Counted from the stretch's first letter, positions 1 to 13,245 are shown. The stretch is 64,000 bases of DNA from Octopus vulgaris (GCA_951406725.2 OX597817.1:68944001-69008000), one strand, 5' to 3'. The notes: generated from the letters alone by a model not told the origin. A program made the numbers and translations.

Positions 1-434
1 CAAAGTATTTCTAGTTTTTTGTAGAAATTTGTTGGTACATAATATAATGCACCTATGATAATAGGTACAAATGGGAATTTATAGTCAGGGCACAAGAGCT
101 GTATGTATGTACATATGTACATATGTTTGTATGTATGTATGTATGTAATGTATGCATGTGTGTATAGTGTTAGAAATGGCATAGTTCACAAGGAGATGAA
201 GTGAATAATCACTGAAATATTCGTAATCCCAAAGAGGTAACATGTAGAAAATATTCTCGGTGTTTTTATCTGGTACATTCAAGGGCCATTTCGCTCATTT
301 GCTTAATTCCCATAAAGTCATAGCACTGATTACCTGTTGAATTTATGTGCATGCTCTGTGACTTAATACCTTGCTTAGATAAACAAAGATTGTACTGCAT
401 AGATTCATGATCTTCTACATATTTCTCTGTGTGC

Positions 435-502
<68 letters not shown>

Positions 503-503
503 G

Positions 504-532
504 TATGTCCATTTATATATATATATATATAT

Positions 533-563
<31 letters not shown>

Positions 564-694
564 TACACATATATCGCTCCTTGTATATGTGTAAACATTT
601 ATGTGCATACATGCACACATGCATATATGTGTGTGTGTGTATGTAAAGGGGAAGGGGTAAATATGCACACACACACACGCACAATATGTCCATT

Positions 695-734
<40 letters not shown>

Positions 735-857
735 TACACATATATCTCTCCTTGTATATGTGTGGACATTTATGTGCATACATGCACACATGCATATATG
801 TGTGTGTGTTTAAAGGGGAAGGGGTAAATATGCACTCACGCACACGCACAATATGTG
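504..857. repeat. Tandem duplication of a ~178 bp microsatellite-rich unit
   Basis: Unit ATGTCCATTTATAT...GAGATACACATATATC...AAAGGGGAAGGGGTAAATATGCAC...ACGCACAAT occurs twice in succession (~504-682, ~683-857). Confidence 0.9.
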
Positions 858-859
858 TT

Positions 860-1290
860 GAGATTGGAAGCTTTTCTTTCAAATGACATTATATTGAAGG
901 CATACACTTGAAACTCACTTTTTTATTTAATAGATTTTTGTATTTTCTTGTAAGTACTTTATGCCTTCAATGCCCAGCAACTTCTCTCTCACTCTCTCTC
1001 TCTCTATCTATCTATCTCTCTCGTGCTGTACCTTTTCATCTACATTAATGTTACACATCTGATGGATCATGTTCATCTCATTTCTCCCCAACCTTTGAAG
1101 AGTCACTATGCTTGATGCACATGTCTTTCAACCATACAGTTTCTCATTACCTTTGCATGCTTCAGGCAGTCTGTTTCTATCTTTTTTTTTTTTTATAAGA
1201 GAAAATTTTTTTTTTATTGTTGCCAACAGTGTTAACATCTCCTTGAACTTCTTGCAACCCTTTGTGAGGTGTGCCTGTGAGAAACCGCTA
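860..1290 (-). mobile_element. Highly degenerate RTE-clade LINE fragment (post-RT region)
   Basis: Minus-strand translation gives GCKKFKEMLTLL...LYG*KT...TLQRLGRNEMNMIHQMCNINV, resembling the RTE pattern W.KF.E....LYG.ETW...L.R.EM.M.R.MC.V; interrupted by stops and microsatellites. Confidence 0.55.
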
Positions 1291-1686
1291 TAAAGTCTCC
1301 TGGCCTACAAGAAATAACAGTCAGCTTTGTTCAAGTACAAGTTACTGTCTTAAAAGAGAGAGACATTGGAAAATATAGAGTTCTTGGTATACACAAATGC
1401 AGGACGGCCACAGCTGGAATGCCTTTGATCGAGGTCGAACACTCTCAGTGCAGGAAAACAACAGCCTTTCTTTGGTATAGCTTCTTTTGATCTTATAATC
1501 ACCCCCATCATCCTAATCATTGTTGTCGTCTTCATCGTCATGATCATGATCATCATCATCATCCTAATCATCATCATCATCGCCATCATCATGATCATGA
1601 TCATTATCGTCATCATCATCTATCCACTTTCTATGCTAACATAGATTGGATGGTTCAACAGGATCTATAATGTAAATCCTATTGAT

Positions 1687-1961
1687 CAGAGATTCTCAAT
1701 AACTTTTTTTAACTTATGAACCTCATTGCTTCTTATTTTACTCTACTGGACCCCATAGACATTTGAAATTTTAAAAAAATATTATTATATTTTTGTAATT
1801 AAATATTATTAGGAATTGTATTGAAAAAAAATTGTTAAAATGTTATCAGCATTGTAGAAGTATAACTAATTAATTGCACATAAACTTCGGCAACAAAATC
1901 TTATATAGACCCCACAAGGGTCATATGGACGCCCCACACCCCACCCAGTTGAGAACTACTA
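1687..1961. mobile_element. hAT/Charlie-like MITE
   Basis: Starts CAGAGATTCTCAA and ends TTGAGAACTACT, a degenerate match to CAGTGGTTCTCAA/TTGAGAACCACTG termini; internal GGACCCC motifs. Confidence 0.6.
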
Positions 1962-2074
1962 CTGTAGATCCTCCATCCACCTCCCTCTTATAATGTAGTA
2001 AGCCACAATACAGGGGGACATGGGAGGAGGTGAATGAAGAAGAGATAGATATGAGGGCAACAAGGAGCAGGAAA

Positions 2075-2295
2075 TATTCTTTTCTACTCTAGGCACATGG
2101 CCTGAAATTTTGGGGGAAGGGGCCAGTCGATTAGATTGACCTGAGTATGCAGCTGGTACTTAATCTATCGACCCCAAAAGGATGAAAGGCAAAGTCGACC
2201 TCGGCGGAATTTGAACTCAGAATGTAAAGACAGATGAAATAATGCTAAGCATTTCGCCCAGTATGCTAACATTTCTGCCAGCTCTCTGCCTTAGG
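2075..2295 (-). mobile_element. tRNA-derived SINE, family A (Meta-domain-like core)
   Basis: Reverse complement of the head GGCAGAGAGCTGGCAGAAATGTTAGC...GAGTTCAAATTCCGCCGAGGTCGACTTTGCCTTTCATCCTTTTGGGGTCGATAG...GTACCAG; same family as 50844-51073. Confidence 0.85.
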
Positions 2296-2798
2296 AGCAG
2301 CAAAATATTGAAATATTGCCAGTGGTATAAGTGATCATAGTTTCAGACTAGATCTACTCCTCAAGCATATGCATAATCATGCAATTTTTTTTTCTATTTC
2401 TATAACACAATATGACATCAATTTAATTAAAATCTTTGCCTCTATGAGTGTGCTAATGGATTTGAAAATGAATTAAGACCAGATTATATCATAAGAATAC
2501 AAGAACAGAATTGTTATTATACAAAAAGTTTCCATCTTTGGTAGGTGTGCAATGTTCATTTAGAACATCTACAATAAATGTTCCTGAAATACTGTCTCTT
2601 ACCAGATTTTATTCATTACATCTGTCTCATCCCTAATCATAATCCCTATTATATCCCACTTCTGAATGCTTATACTAAAACCGTTCACAATCCTCCTTCC
2701 TTAACTCTGGAACCCTTTTTCTATCCACAATTTTCCTACAAGTATCAACTGCAACAATGTCACCAGAACACTGATGCTTCCCCTTCAATTTCAAACCA

Positions 2799-2829
<31 letters not shown>

Positions 2830-3486
2830 GTGAGTGAGTTCCCAAAAACACTACAAAAGGAGGCATGGTAATGTGGCTAAGTTTGTCCACTGGAAAGCTA
2901 TGGGAAAAGTATGGCCTGAACGGAGCACAGAAATGGTAAGAACATGAACCAGAAGGAGTCACCGAGAACATAAGATACCGTGGGATTTTACAAGCCAGTG
3001 TGACTCCCTAATCGAGGCTCGAAGACCAGATATTGTTGTAATAGATAAAGGAAAAAAGGAAACCAAGATCATAGATATTGCAATACCTGGAGATGCACGC
3101 ATAAGTGACAAAGAACTAGAAAAGATCGAAAAGTACAGACTACTAAAAGACAAAATTGCAAGGATGTGGACTATGAGGAAAGTGTCTGTCAATCCGATAG
3201 TTGTAGGGACACTCAGAGCACTAACAACCAAGATTGAGAAATATGTCAAAGAAATTGGTATTGACATGAGAGTAGAGCAAGCCCAAAAAACTGCTCTGCT
3301 GAGGACAGCTAGGATTTTGAGATTGGTACTTCGATGTTGAATGCCCCCCACAATAATTAACAACCAAGTATCAAAGCTTATAATGTGCAGAAAGTAACTC
3401 CGTGAGACCTCTGATGGCAGGTTGCTGTCCACTCTCACAGAATCTACCAGAACAAACAAGACTGAATGTGCAGAGAAGTAAAACAA

Positions 3487-3487
<1 letters not shown>
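2830..3487 (+). mobile_element. 5'-truncated R4/Dong-type LINE 3' fragment (restriction-like endonuclease domain plus 3' UTR) inside a (TAA)n tract
   Basis: Broken frame reads YKRRH.NVAKFVHWKL...EHEPEGVTEN...RRPDIVVIDKGKKETKIIDIAIPGD...KELEKIEKYRLLK...QKTALLRTARILRLVLRC* (PD-D-K motif; stop 3338-3340); (TAA)n on both sides (2800-2829, 3488-3525). Confidence 0.88.
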
Positions 3488-3525
<38 letters not shown>

Positions 3526-4716
3526 CATTTTAACGTCCATTTTGTGTGCTCACATGGGTCAGATGAAATTTGTTGAGGTGGATTTTCTACAGCTGGATGC
3601 CCTTCCTGTCACCAACCTTTACTTGTTTCTGAGTAGACATTTTTTTCACAGAATATTTGACATAAATGATATTGCTTATATGACAATAACACATATTTTT
3701 ACAACTATCAAATGATATCAAGACAAGAAGACACATATACACACACGCACACAAACATATATGACAGGCTTCTTTCCGTTTCTTTCAACCAAATCCACTC
3801 ACAAGGCTTTGTTTTGGGGCAGACACTTGCCCCAGGCATCATTCGGTGTGATTGAACACAGAACTATGTGGCCAGGAAGCAAACTTCTTATCATAAACCT
3901 CTGCTGAAGTCTCATATATAATATAATATAATATAAAGATATAAAAAAAAAATAAACATAATTTAAAAATTACAAACATTGTTGGATTTATCTATGGATT
4001 CTCTTCCTGTGATTTTCTTTTTATTCTTGTTGAATTTGAATAATATCTTGCATATAATTACTAAAATATAGCTTACAACTTGGAAATTTATACGTAAGAC
4101 TTGCAAATATTATCTACAACAAAGACATAGCATTGCTCTATGATGCTAACAAATATAAAATAAAGGCATGTATGTATCTGTGAATGTGTATGTATAAAAT
4201 ATTTATTCAAGAAGAAAAGCTCCTGTAAATATGTAAGTAATACAAAGACTTCTTGCATAATCTAAATAGCTTAACACTCCACGATATGCTCACAGGAATT
4301 TAATATTTTACTGAAGCGAATTCCAAACAGTGAAAACAGATTAAAAATCTTGTGAGAACATATTGTTTTTTTGGTGAACCAGCCATTTATCATTGTTTAA
4401 ATACAGTCTTTAACATTCAAAGACATTTTATTCTTCGCTCTCCATGTATAAATGTAGAGAGAAGCGATTTTTAAGAAAAAAGAGAAAAAAACAAACACAA
4501 AAAAAACACCCACACTTGGTCTTAATATATGTGTTTGTGCTGTAGTGTGTGCACGTATGCAATAAGTGTGCATGTTCAGAAAGAAAAAAAATCTCCATAA
4601 ATCTTTAGTATTATGGCTATCTGGTAAAAGTTTGTGTATCCGAATCAAACATTTCTCACAAAACTGTCATAACTAAACGCTGTAAATGACAGCTTTCAGT
4701 AACAGCTGGCTGTTAA

Positions 4717-4939
4717 CCCTTTTCTTTTTACTATATTTCTGTTGAGATGCTCTGTGTTTCTTTCAATTAATTTTAAATATAACAAACAATTTAGTAAAAT
4801 AACTTAGTTATCATTAAGCTAGTGTTAGGCACAAATTGTGACTAAGGTTTTGTGGAAGATTTTAATTCAGAACTTCTGAAAACAAGAGATTTGTACTACA
4901 AAGCCAGAGGCAGTTTCAGCCATGTTGGTATCAAAAGGG
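4717..4939. mobile_element. piggyBac-type MITE
   Basis: TTAA|CCCTTTT ... AAAAGGG|TTAG: CCC/GGG termini with a TTAA target (one side mutated). Confidence 0.7.
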
Positions 4940-5111
4940 TTAGATACTTTCATATAACAAACCAACAAGGTAATAAAATAGGAAAGGGATATTTTTACAG
5001 CATATTTCCAATATAATGTGACAAACTGAAGGAATCAATGCAGTAGAAGATAGATTGTGATGCAGTATTCATTAGCGTTCATTCTGTTTCTACTTCCATT
5101 CTGTTTCTACT

Positions 5112-8096
5112 AGGGCAATTGAAACCAGCTGTATGCCCCCGAAAAAACAAAGAAAACAAAACCTGGGAAGAAATCAAACCTGGAGAAGTAAAATTGAAAA
5201 AGAGATTGAATTTATGAGAGGGGAAATATCAATATTAAATGAACTAATATGTGGAAATGATGTAAGATCCAGAACAGGAAGAAAGATGAAGAGAAAATTT
5301 GGATCCTCACCAAGAGAAGAACTGATATCAATAAAAGAAACGCTGAAACAAAAAGTCCAAGCAAAAGCCCAAAGAATACGAAGATTTGAGAAGAGAAACA
5401 AGTTTTACAAGCAAAATAAGCTGTTCACATCCAATGCCAAAATATTCTACAGAGAAATAGGGAAGGAGAAAGTAACCGTTAAAGACCCCCCTCCCATGGA
5501 AGAAGTTAAAAACTTTTGGAAAAGTATTTGGAGTGACAAGAAGACGTACAACATAAATGCAGACTGGATTATACAAACTGAAGGATCCTACCAAAATTTA
5601 CAACAACAAGCATGGGAAGACATCACAATAACAGACCTAAGAAAGGCACTCACGAAGGCCCATAATTGGAAATCCCCCGGTAAAGATAGGGTGCCGAATT
5701 TCTGGCTCGCATCGCTCCCATGCGCACACGGTAAGCTAGTTCAGCTGCTCAATGGAATTATGAGAGACCCAAAGAAAACACCTGAATGGTTAGCAAGTGG
5801 CATTACTTACCTACTCCCAAAGAATAACGAAACCAACCTTCCAAAAAACTATCGGCCTATAACCTGTCTATCCACCACGTATAAAATCCTAACATCTATC
5901 CTGGCGGAGAAAACATATGCATTCATGGAGAAGAACGATATTTTCCCCATTGAACAAAAAGGGTGCCGCCGAGGCTCTTATGGATGCAAAGATCAACTGC
6001 TAATCAATCGTATGATCCTTGAGAACTGTCACAACAAGCGCAGAAATCTCAGCACCGCATGGATTGACTATAAAAAGGCCTTCGACAGTATACCGCATCC
6101 ATGGATCTTGAGATCGCTGAACATCTTCAAAATTTCCCCTGTGATTTCAAACTTCCTGAAGCACAATATGTCGTTGTGGAATACGAATCTCCAATTATAC
6201 CACTCTAATGGAGTACTTGCCTCAGAAAATATAAACATCAACTGTGGAATTTTTCAAGGTGACTCACTTTCACCTTTAATATTCTGCATAGCCCTAATAC
6301 CCCTTACAAGTGAATTAAACAGAACAGGGTATGGGTATAAAATTGCCAATAAAAAAATAAGCCATCTATTTTATATGGATAACTTAAAACTTTATGGTAA
6401 AGACAATAATGAACTTGAAGGCCTATTGTGCACTGTGAAAGCATTTAGCGATGACATCGTGATGGAGTTTGGACTTGAGAAGTGTGCCAAGGCCACTTTC
6501 CAGAAAGGGAAAGTGAAGACCACAAATTCAGTCGTGTTAGATGTTGACACAGTCATAAGAGAGCTTGAGCAAGAACAAACATACAAATATTTAGGGATAA
6601 ATGAAGGCTCTGGTATTCAGCATGCAAGCATGAAAGAGAAGATCAGGAAGGAATGTTATAGGAGAGTTCGTACAGTCCTGAAATCTGAACTAAATGCACG
6701 TAACAAGGCGTTAGCTATAAATTCCTTAGCAGTTCCAGTTGTTACTTATAGCTACAATGTGTTGAACTGGAATATGAGTGAAGTAAAGAATATAGATAGG
6801 AAAATACGCAAGCTGCTGAGTTGTAATAGGATGCACCACCCAAAGGCAGACGTAGATCGCCTTTACCTTCCCAGAGCCCAAGGAGGTTGAGGCCTGATCC
6901 AATTTGAACTAGCTTACAAAACAACCACAATTGGACTGGCCAAATATCTCGAAATATCGAATGACTGGATGCTAAAGCTCGTGGAAAATCACGAGAGACG
7001 AAAGAAGCTTCATTCTATTATAAAGGAAAGCAAAAAATTTGCTATTGATCTCGTGCAGGATACCCAAACAGAACAACCCGAGGGAAGTACGGCAATTATT
7101 GTTGCAAAGAAGGTGAAAATAATGGCAACGAAAAAAGCGCATGAGCAATTGGCTGATAGGTGGGAGGAGAAACCTCTGCACGGCAAATATGTGACCCACA
7201 GCAAACAAGCTGATGTTGACCAGAAGCAAACCCATCAGTGGCTACGGAGCTCAGGGCTAAAAGCAGAGAGCGAAGGTTTCATCCTGGCTGCTCAAGATCA
7301 AAGCCTATTAACCCGGAACTACCAGGCCAATGTGATGAAAAATGGAGCAGACCCAAAATGCCGATTCTGCAACGACATGATTGAAACAGTGGACCACCTA
7401 ATCTCTGGATGTAAAGTCTTAGCTCCAGTGGAGTATAAATTAAGACATGACAGAGTTGGCCAATATCTACACTGGCTAATAAGTCGGCATTACAATATCA
7501 AAACTGCCGACAAGTGGTATAATTACCACCCTGAGGCTGTAACTGAAGGAGAAAATGTAACCATTCTGTGGGACTTTCCAGTACATACAGACCGAACCAT
7601 CAAGGCCAATAAACCAGATATTGTTGTGAAAGACCAAAACAATAAAGTTTGCTTATTGATTGACATGAGCATCCCCTGTGATCATAATATCTCAGCGAAA
7701 GAGTTTGACAAGCTCAGAAAATATAAAGACCTACTCATTGAAATTGAGAAAATGTGGCATCTCAAGGCGGTTACAATACCAGTGATCGTAGGAGCACTAG
7801 GAATGATCAAGAAGGGAACCGAAAATTATATGAGAATGATCCCTGGCTTACCATCCCTGCAAGAAGTGCAAAAGATTGTCTTAACTGGTACATCACACGT
7901 ATTGAGAAGAGCATTGTCGATGTGAGAACTGTTGCTGCTCATGTATTTTAACTTAAAAAAAAAAAAAAAAAAAAAATGAATGAACTATTGAGTTTGGTTT
8001 AATGGCCTACCAATGTATACTATGAGTTTCTTTGCCCTAGGAGTCGGAAAGACACTCGGCAAGAAATGGAAGCAAATTTGAAAGAAGAAAAAAAAA

Positions 8097-8097
<1 letters not shown>
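5112..8097 (+). mobile_element. R4/Dong-clade non-LTR retrotransposon, 5'-truncated, with 3' UTR and (TAA)n tail
   Basis: RT motifs (SPGKD, NYRPITCL..TYK, EQKG, WIDYKKAFDSIPH, GIFQGDSLSPLIF, FYMDN, YKYLG); CCHC finger (CRFC...ETVDHLISGC); RHD; endonuclease KPDIVV..LIDMSIP..K..KY.DL. 3' UTR 7926-8097 runs into (TAA)n 8098-8160, the established Dong target. Confidence 0.93.
5133..7925 (+). pseudogene. RT/endonuclease ORF of the Dong element, broken by one in-frame stop
   Basis: ORFs 5133-6890 and 6969-7925 are in the same frame. The junction reads GGA GGT TGA GGC CTG (GG*GL; consensus GGRGL). The catalytic YMDD motif reads YMDN. Confidence 0.92.
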
Positions 8098-8163
<66 letters not shown>

Positions 8164-8204
8164 TAACACTAATGATAATAATAACAACAACAATTAAACA
8201 ATTA

Positions 8205-8435
8205 TGATGATGATGTGCCAGGCTCCAATTTGATCTGGCAAGGTTTCTACAGTTGGATGCCCTTCTTAACACCAACGACTCCAAGAGTGTAGTAGGGGAT
8301 TTTTATATGCCGCCAGCATGGGAGCCAGTCAGGCAGCACTGGCATTGACCCTGTTCAGATGGTGCTTTTTATGTGCCACCGACACAGGAGCCAGTTGGTA
8401 GGAGACTGGCATCGACCACATTTGGATGGTGCTTT
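8205..8435 (-). mobile_element. SINE-like family C 3' fragment (GGGCATCCAGCTGTAGAAAC motif, GAT tail)
   Basis: Reverse complement of the family motif TTGGTGTTAAGAAGGGCATCCAACTGTAGAAACC; homologous to 55117-55585. Confidence 0.75.
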
Positions 8436-9589
8436 CATATATATATATATATATACACACACTTTATATATATATGTATATACACACACACACACATAAA
8501 CTCACACACACACATGCACTCACACACACACATACACAATGTGCTTCCACACTGTTTCCGTCTACCAAACTCACTCGCAAGGCATTGGTTTTATAGTAGA
8601 AGACGCTTGCCCAAATGTCGTGCAGCGCAACTGAATCCAAAACTATAGGATTGCAAGGTGAATCTTTTAACCATAGAGCCATACTTGCATTTATTACAAT
8701 GATTTTTGTAAATTTCTAACTTAAGCTCAGTAATCAATGATACAGTCTTTTAACCATTGCACAAATGGTTTAATTAAATCCAAGTTTAAGTTTAAAATGT
8801 TAAAATATTCCAAGATTACAAAGTAGGACCGAAATGTGCATGAATTTATCCCATGTATACTATCTTTTGAGAAACAAGATGCTAAAATACTCAGATACAG
8901 TGAACATGAAAATGCTACATACTATAGATAAACACAACACACACACACACACAAACTTAGATATGAATACATGTGTATAATGCATATATATACTTAACAC
9001 ATTCACATGCATATACATAGATGCATGCATATAAATAGACATTTTATATCTGTTCGTGTGAGTGCATGTGTGTATTTGTACACACACACACACACAACAT
9101 CAACAACATATAATATAACCACCACCACCACCATCACCATCATCACTGTCATCATCACCATCATTATTTCTGCTTTTTATGCTGGCATGAATTTGATGTG
9201 TTGTCATGATGTGAGTCAGTTCTCATTTGGATTTACTTTCCTTTTAGATGGCCAGAAAGACAGGTTGTCCTGCTTAAAACATTCTGCTTTCGGCATGCTC
9301 TTTGTGGCTACACACCCTACCCCAAAACCAACTATTTTACAGAGTGTAAGGGATCTATTTTATTATGACACACATGACTAAAGGCTCAGTCATGTCTTTG
9401 AGAAGAGCAAAGGATCCTTCCAATCCTACACCGCCTCAGTTCATTTACTTAACACTTTACACTGTATTGAGTACATTTTGTTATGTCCCCATAGCTGCTG
9501 AGAATACCTTATAATATGCATGACTGTAGAGCCATCACTACTCTAAAGTGTTTTCATTTATGCATTACAACATGATCAAGATGTTGAAT

Positions 9590-10000
9590 AAATGAGATAG
9601 AAGAGAGCGAGGCTATAAATGGAATACACAGTGGTAGAGGAGGTAGTAGTGGAAGAGAGACAATGTTGGGAGAAGTGTGTTATGGGAGAGACAGTGTAAT
9701 GTCACAGAGGATAGGAAAGAATGTGAGCAAGGAGAGGATGAGAGAGATAGTTGACAGAGATTAATGATAAGGAAATGAAAGGGTATAGGAGAACAGGATG
9801 AGAGATGTGTATAGTGATGAGAAAGAGATTATTGTGAGAGATAAGCGGATAAGAGAGAGTATAATGTATGAAACAAAGTAATAGTACTGCGAATAGGAGA
9901 GCATGTAAGGAAGGGAAGGAGAGATGGAAGAGGATGAGCAAGAAGATGGGGAATGGGAAGAGGTTGAATGAGGATGTAGGAGTGAAGATTGGGCAAGTGA
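9590..10000. repeat. Purine-rich degenerate low-complexity tract (GA-rich on +)
   Basis: Strong purine asymmetry with recurring GAGAG(A)TA(G)/GAGGATGAG motifs. Confidence 0.6.
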
Positions 10001-10086
10001 TAGCATACACATACACACACATATTTTTATATATAAATATATATATTTCTGTTAAAGTGTTATATATGTATATATTGCACTATATA

Positions 10087-10122
<36 letters not shown>

Positions 10123-10655
10123 TACACTTTAACAGAGACGAATACATACATACATACATACATATATATATCTTACACTTTAACAGAAAGAAATATATAT
10201 AATACTTTTAACAAAAATATGTATATATGTATGTATACACACACACACACAGGCATATACATTGTCAAAAGGTTAGTGAAATCACTAGTAGCCACTATAT
10301 TAGCTTCATATTGTTAAAAGTGCCATGAATTAATATTTATGTATTTATTTATTGTGTAGCTTCATAACAAAGTTCTGTACGTTTTGATCTGAGGATCTTT
10401 TCAAACAATTATAAAATTATAGATAAGAAAAATATATGGTTATTTTTAGAAGAGCTTATTGCAAAGTGTATCAGAGTAAAAGATGTAGAGAAAAGAGAGA
10501 AGAGAAAGAGGAACGAGGGAGAAAAGGGGAGTTTCTTTAGATGTAGAGTTTGCGATCAGTTAATTTCAATTCAAATGGATTTTATTTGAAATATATATAA
10601 ATAAAAAATATATATATAAATATATATATTCCTTTTAAATAAAATCCATACATAG

Positions 10656-10745
<90 letters not shown>

Positions 10746-10883
10746 AATAAAGCTTAAGAGAGAATTTGAAATGTATGAAAATGTTTAAGTATTAGAGGTA
10801 AATTTTAAAAGTATTGGAGAAAAGAGGGTATTTACTTCATAGGTATGAAATACTATTTTAATATAATAAATAAACGATAATAA

Positions 10884-10951
<68 letters not shown>

Positions 10952-11519
10952 TGTATAAAATATTATTAATACAAGTGAAAAAACAGTGAAAATATTGAGA
11001 GCAAATTTAATCGAATAAACTTGAGATCTACAAGCATTTGTGGAAGTGTATAGACCATTATATAGCATGATGTAAAAACATTTCTGTTAAAGTGTAATCT
11101 CTGGATGTAAAAGGTTAAAATACTTGTATATTGTTATAGGTAAGAATGAGAAAACACCATTAAATATTATATTAAAGTTGGATGTCATTGTAAATTAATA
11201 AATAAAGGTGTTTAATTCATGATAAATAATAACATTAAATAAATAAATCTTGGTGAATATAGATGAAATATTAAAAGTAGACACAACTTCCAAAAAATAA
11301 CAAATGCAAAAGTAGAAGAGCAATAAAAATATAAATACGAAACAAGTGTATTTGAAGTAAGTTTAAGGGAGAGGAGGACGCAAAAGGGGAGACGATGCAA
11401 AAGCAGGTATACAAAGTGAAAAATGAAAAACTGGAAAACTAAATTTGAAATGAAAGCTGCTAGATTTCAGAGATTTAGGTAATAAAAGGAGCAGAAGTAA
11501 TGCCATATAAGAAAGTAAA

Positions 11520-11706
11520 GAGCATAAAGATATGATCGGTAGCCACTACACACACATATTTTTTTCTCTCCTTGTTTCTTTCTGTGGAAGAGCGTAGGCT
11601 CGAAATGTAAAAGACTTTTTCAATTCCCGAGTGTTATACTAATACATCTGTTTGTTTTCTACACCACCTGTCTTTGTCTTTTGTTTTTTTCATGAATTCT
11701 CCCCTT
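11520..11706 (+). mobile_element. Short Penelope-like/retrozyme-like element with a degenerate hammerhead motif
   Basis: CTGTGGAA-GAGC-GTAG-GCTC-GAAA (11582-11605) followed by a pyrimidine-rich tail, same layout as 54345-54565 and 57950-58085. Confidence 0.5.
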
Positions 11707-11719
11707 ATACATAATATGA

Positions 11720-12365
11720 CAGGTTGTCCATTGGTGTCTGATGATGACAAAGTTTATGTTCTCAGCGATGACAGACCATATGACTCTGTAGTTCAAAGCA
11801 CACAGGTGCCCACAGATGTCATAGCGATAGTCTGTTGATTGGATTGAAGCAGATGTTGCCTGTGAGATTTTGCTCTTGTTACATTGAGATGCCTTTTTCC
11901 TCCAGAGATTACACCTTAACAGAAATGTTATTACATTACACTGTATAATGGTCTATACACTTCCACAAATGCTTGTAGATCTCAAGTTTACCCTGAGATG
12001 TATGTATTTCCCACTCCCTCAAGGCAGCTGCTGCTCGTGGGGTGAGAGACATCTATGCTGATTTGTCTGCAGCAAAGGCTTCAAGTTCATGTGGTCTAAT
12101 GCCACCCCATAGGAGGTTACTTTCCAGAGTGTCTTTGTAACTCAGTTTAGGCCCTCCTCGTTTGTGTGAGCCCTGCACGAGCTTGCCGTAAAACAGCAGC
12201 CTGGGTACACGGTTGTCAGTCATTCCAATGACATGGCCAGTTCAGCATCAACTGACCCTTCAGCAACATTGTCTCAATGCTTGTTAAACAAGCTCTGTCC
12301 ATCATCTCTTGATTTGTCACACTGTCCTGCCAGTGAATGCCCATGATATATAGCGAAACAGCTGT
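11720..12365 (-). mobile_element. RTE-clade LINE 3' fragment
   Basis: Minus strand: GIHWQDSVTNQEMMDRACLTSIETMLLKGQL / TGHVIGMTDNRVPRLLFYGKLVQGSHKRGGPKLSYKDTLESNL ... DICGHLC...LQSHMVCHR*, a typical RTE C-terminus. Confidence 0.85.
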
Positions 12366-12424
12366 AATCTTATGGAAATCAAATGGTTATATAATATATG
12401 CTCAGCCCTTGCATCTCCTGATTT

Positions 12425-12575
12425 CATGGTTTGGTATACACATATACACTCACATACACACACACATACACATATTCCATTTATCATACATATCATCATC
12501 ATGGTTTGGTATACACATATACACTCACATACACACACACATACACATATTCCATTTATCATACATATCATCATC
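12425..12575. repeat. Near-perfect ~74 bp tandem duplication
   Basis: TCATGGTTTGGTATACACATATACACTCAC...ATTCCATTTATCATACATATCATCA occurs twice. Confidence 0.92.
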
Positions 12576-13245
12576 ATCATCATTTAACGTCCGTTTTCCA
12601 TGCTAGCATGGGTTGGATGGTTCGACCGGGATCTGGGAAGCCATGGAAGCTGCACCAGGCTCCAATTTGATTTGGTAGTGTTTCTACAGCTGGATGCCCC
12701 TCCTAACGCCAACAACTCCGTGAGTGTAGTGGGTGTTTTTTATGTGCCACTGGCACAGGGACCAGAGGAGGCTGGCAAATGGCCACAATCAGTTGATGCT
12801 TTTACGTGTCACCGACACAGACGCCAGTCAGGCAGCACCGGCATCTGCAACATTCGGACAGTGCTTTTTACGTGTCACCAGCACAGGTGTCTTAACTACA
12901 ATTTCCATTTGATTTTTATTTTGATGTTGGTGTTGATGTACTTGACTCAATAGGTCTCCTCAAGAACAGCAGGTCACTCTACGATCCAAGGTTAGCACAG
13001 CAGGCCATCCTGCAAGCCATGAACTCATTTCATTTGTCGGGTCTTCACAGTAACAGCATATCTCAGGGGTCTTGGTCTTCGTCATTTCCTCTGTGAGGCC
13101 CTACATGCCACTGGCATGGGTATCACAACTACAATATCTATACGATTTTTATTTTGATGTTGATAAACTTGACACAATAGGTCTCCTCAAGCACAGCAGG
13201 CCGTCCAGCAAGCCATGAACTCACTTCATTTGTCAGGTCTTCGAT
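12575..13245 (-). mobile_element. Family C element (long copy with internal sub-repeats)
   Basis: (CAT)n tail + TTTAACGTCCGTTTTCCATGCTAGCATGGGTTGG; repeated GCTTTT(T)ACGTGTCACC units; internal ~240 bp-spaced duplication of AATAGGTCTCCTCAAG..CAGCAGG. Confidence 0.8.

Noticed and set aside
2959-3540. 193 aa hydrophobic minus-strand ORF resembling a membrane protein
   Set aside because: It is the antisense shadow of the Dong endonuclease fragment plus a (TTA)n run.
6888-6890. Programmed readthrough or selenocysteine at the in-frame TGA of the Dong ORF
   Set aside because: The position corresponds to the conserved Arg of GGRGL, so CGA>TGA decay is simpler, and the RT active site is also mutated.
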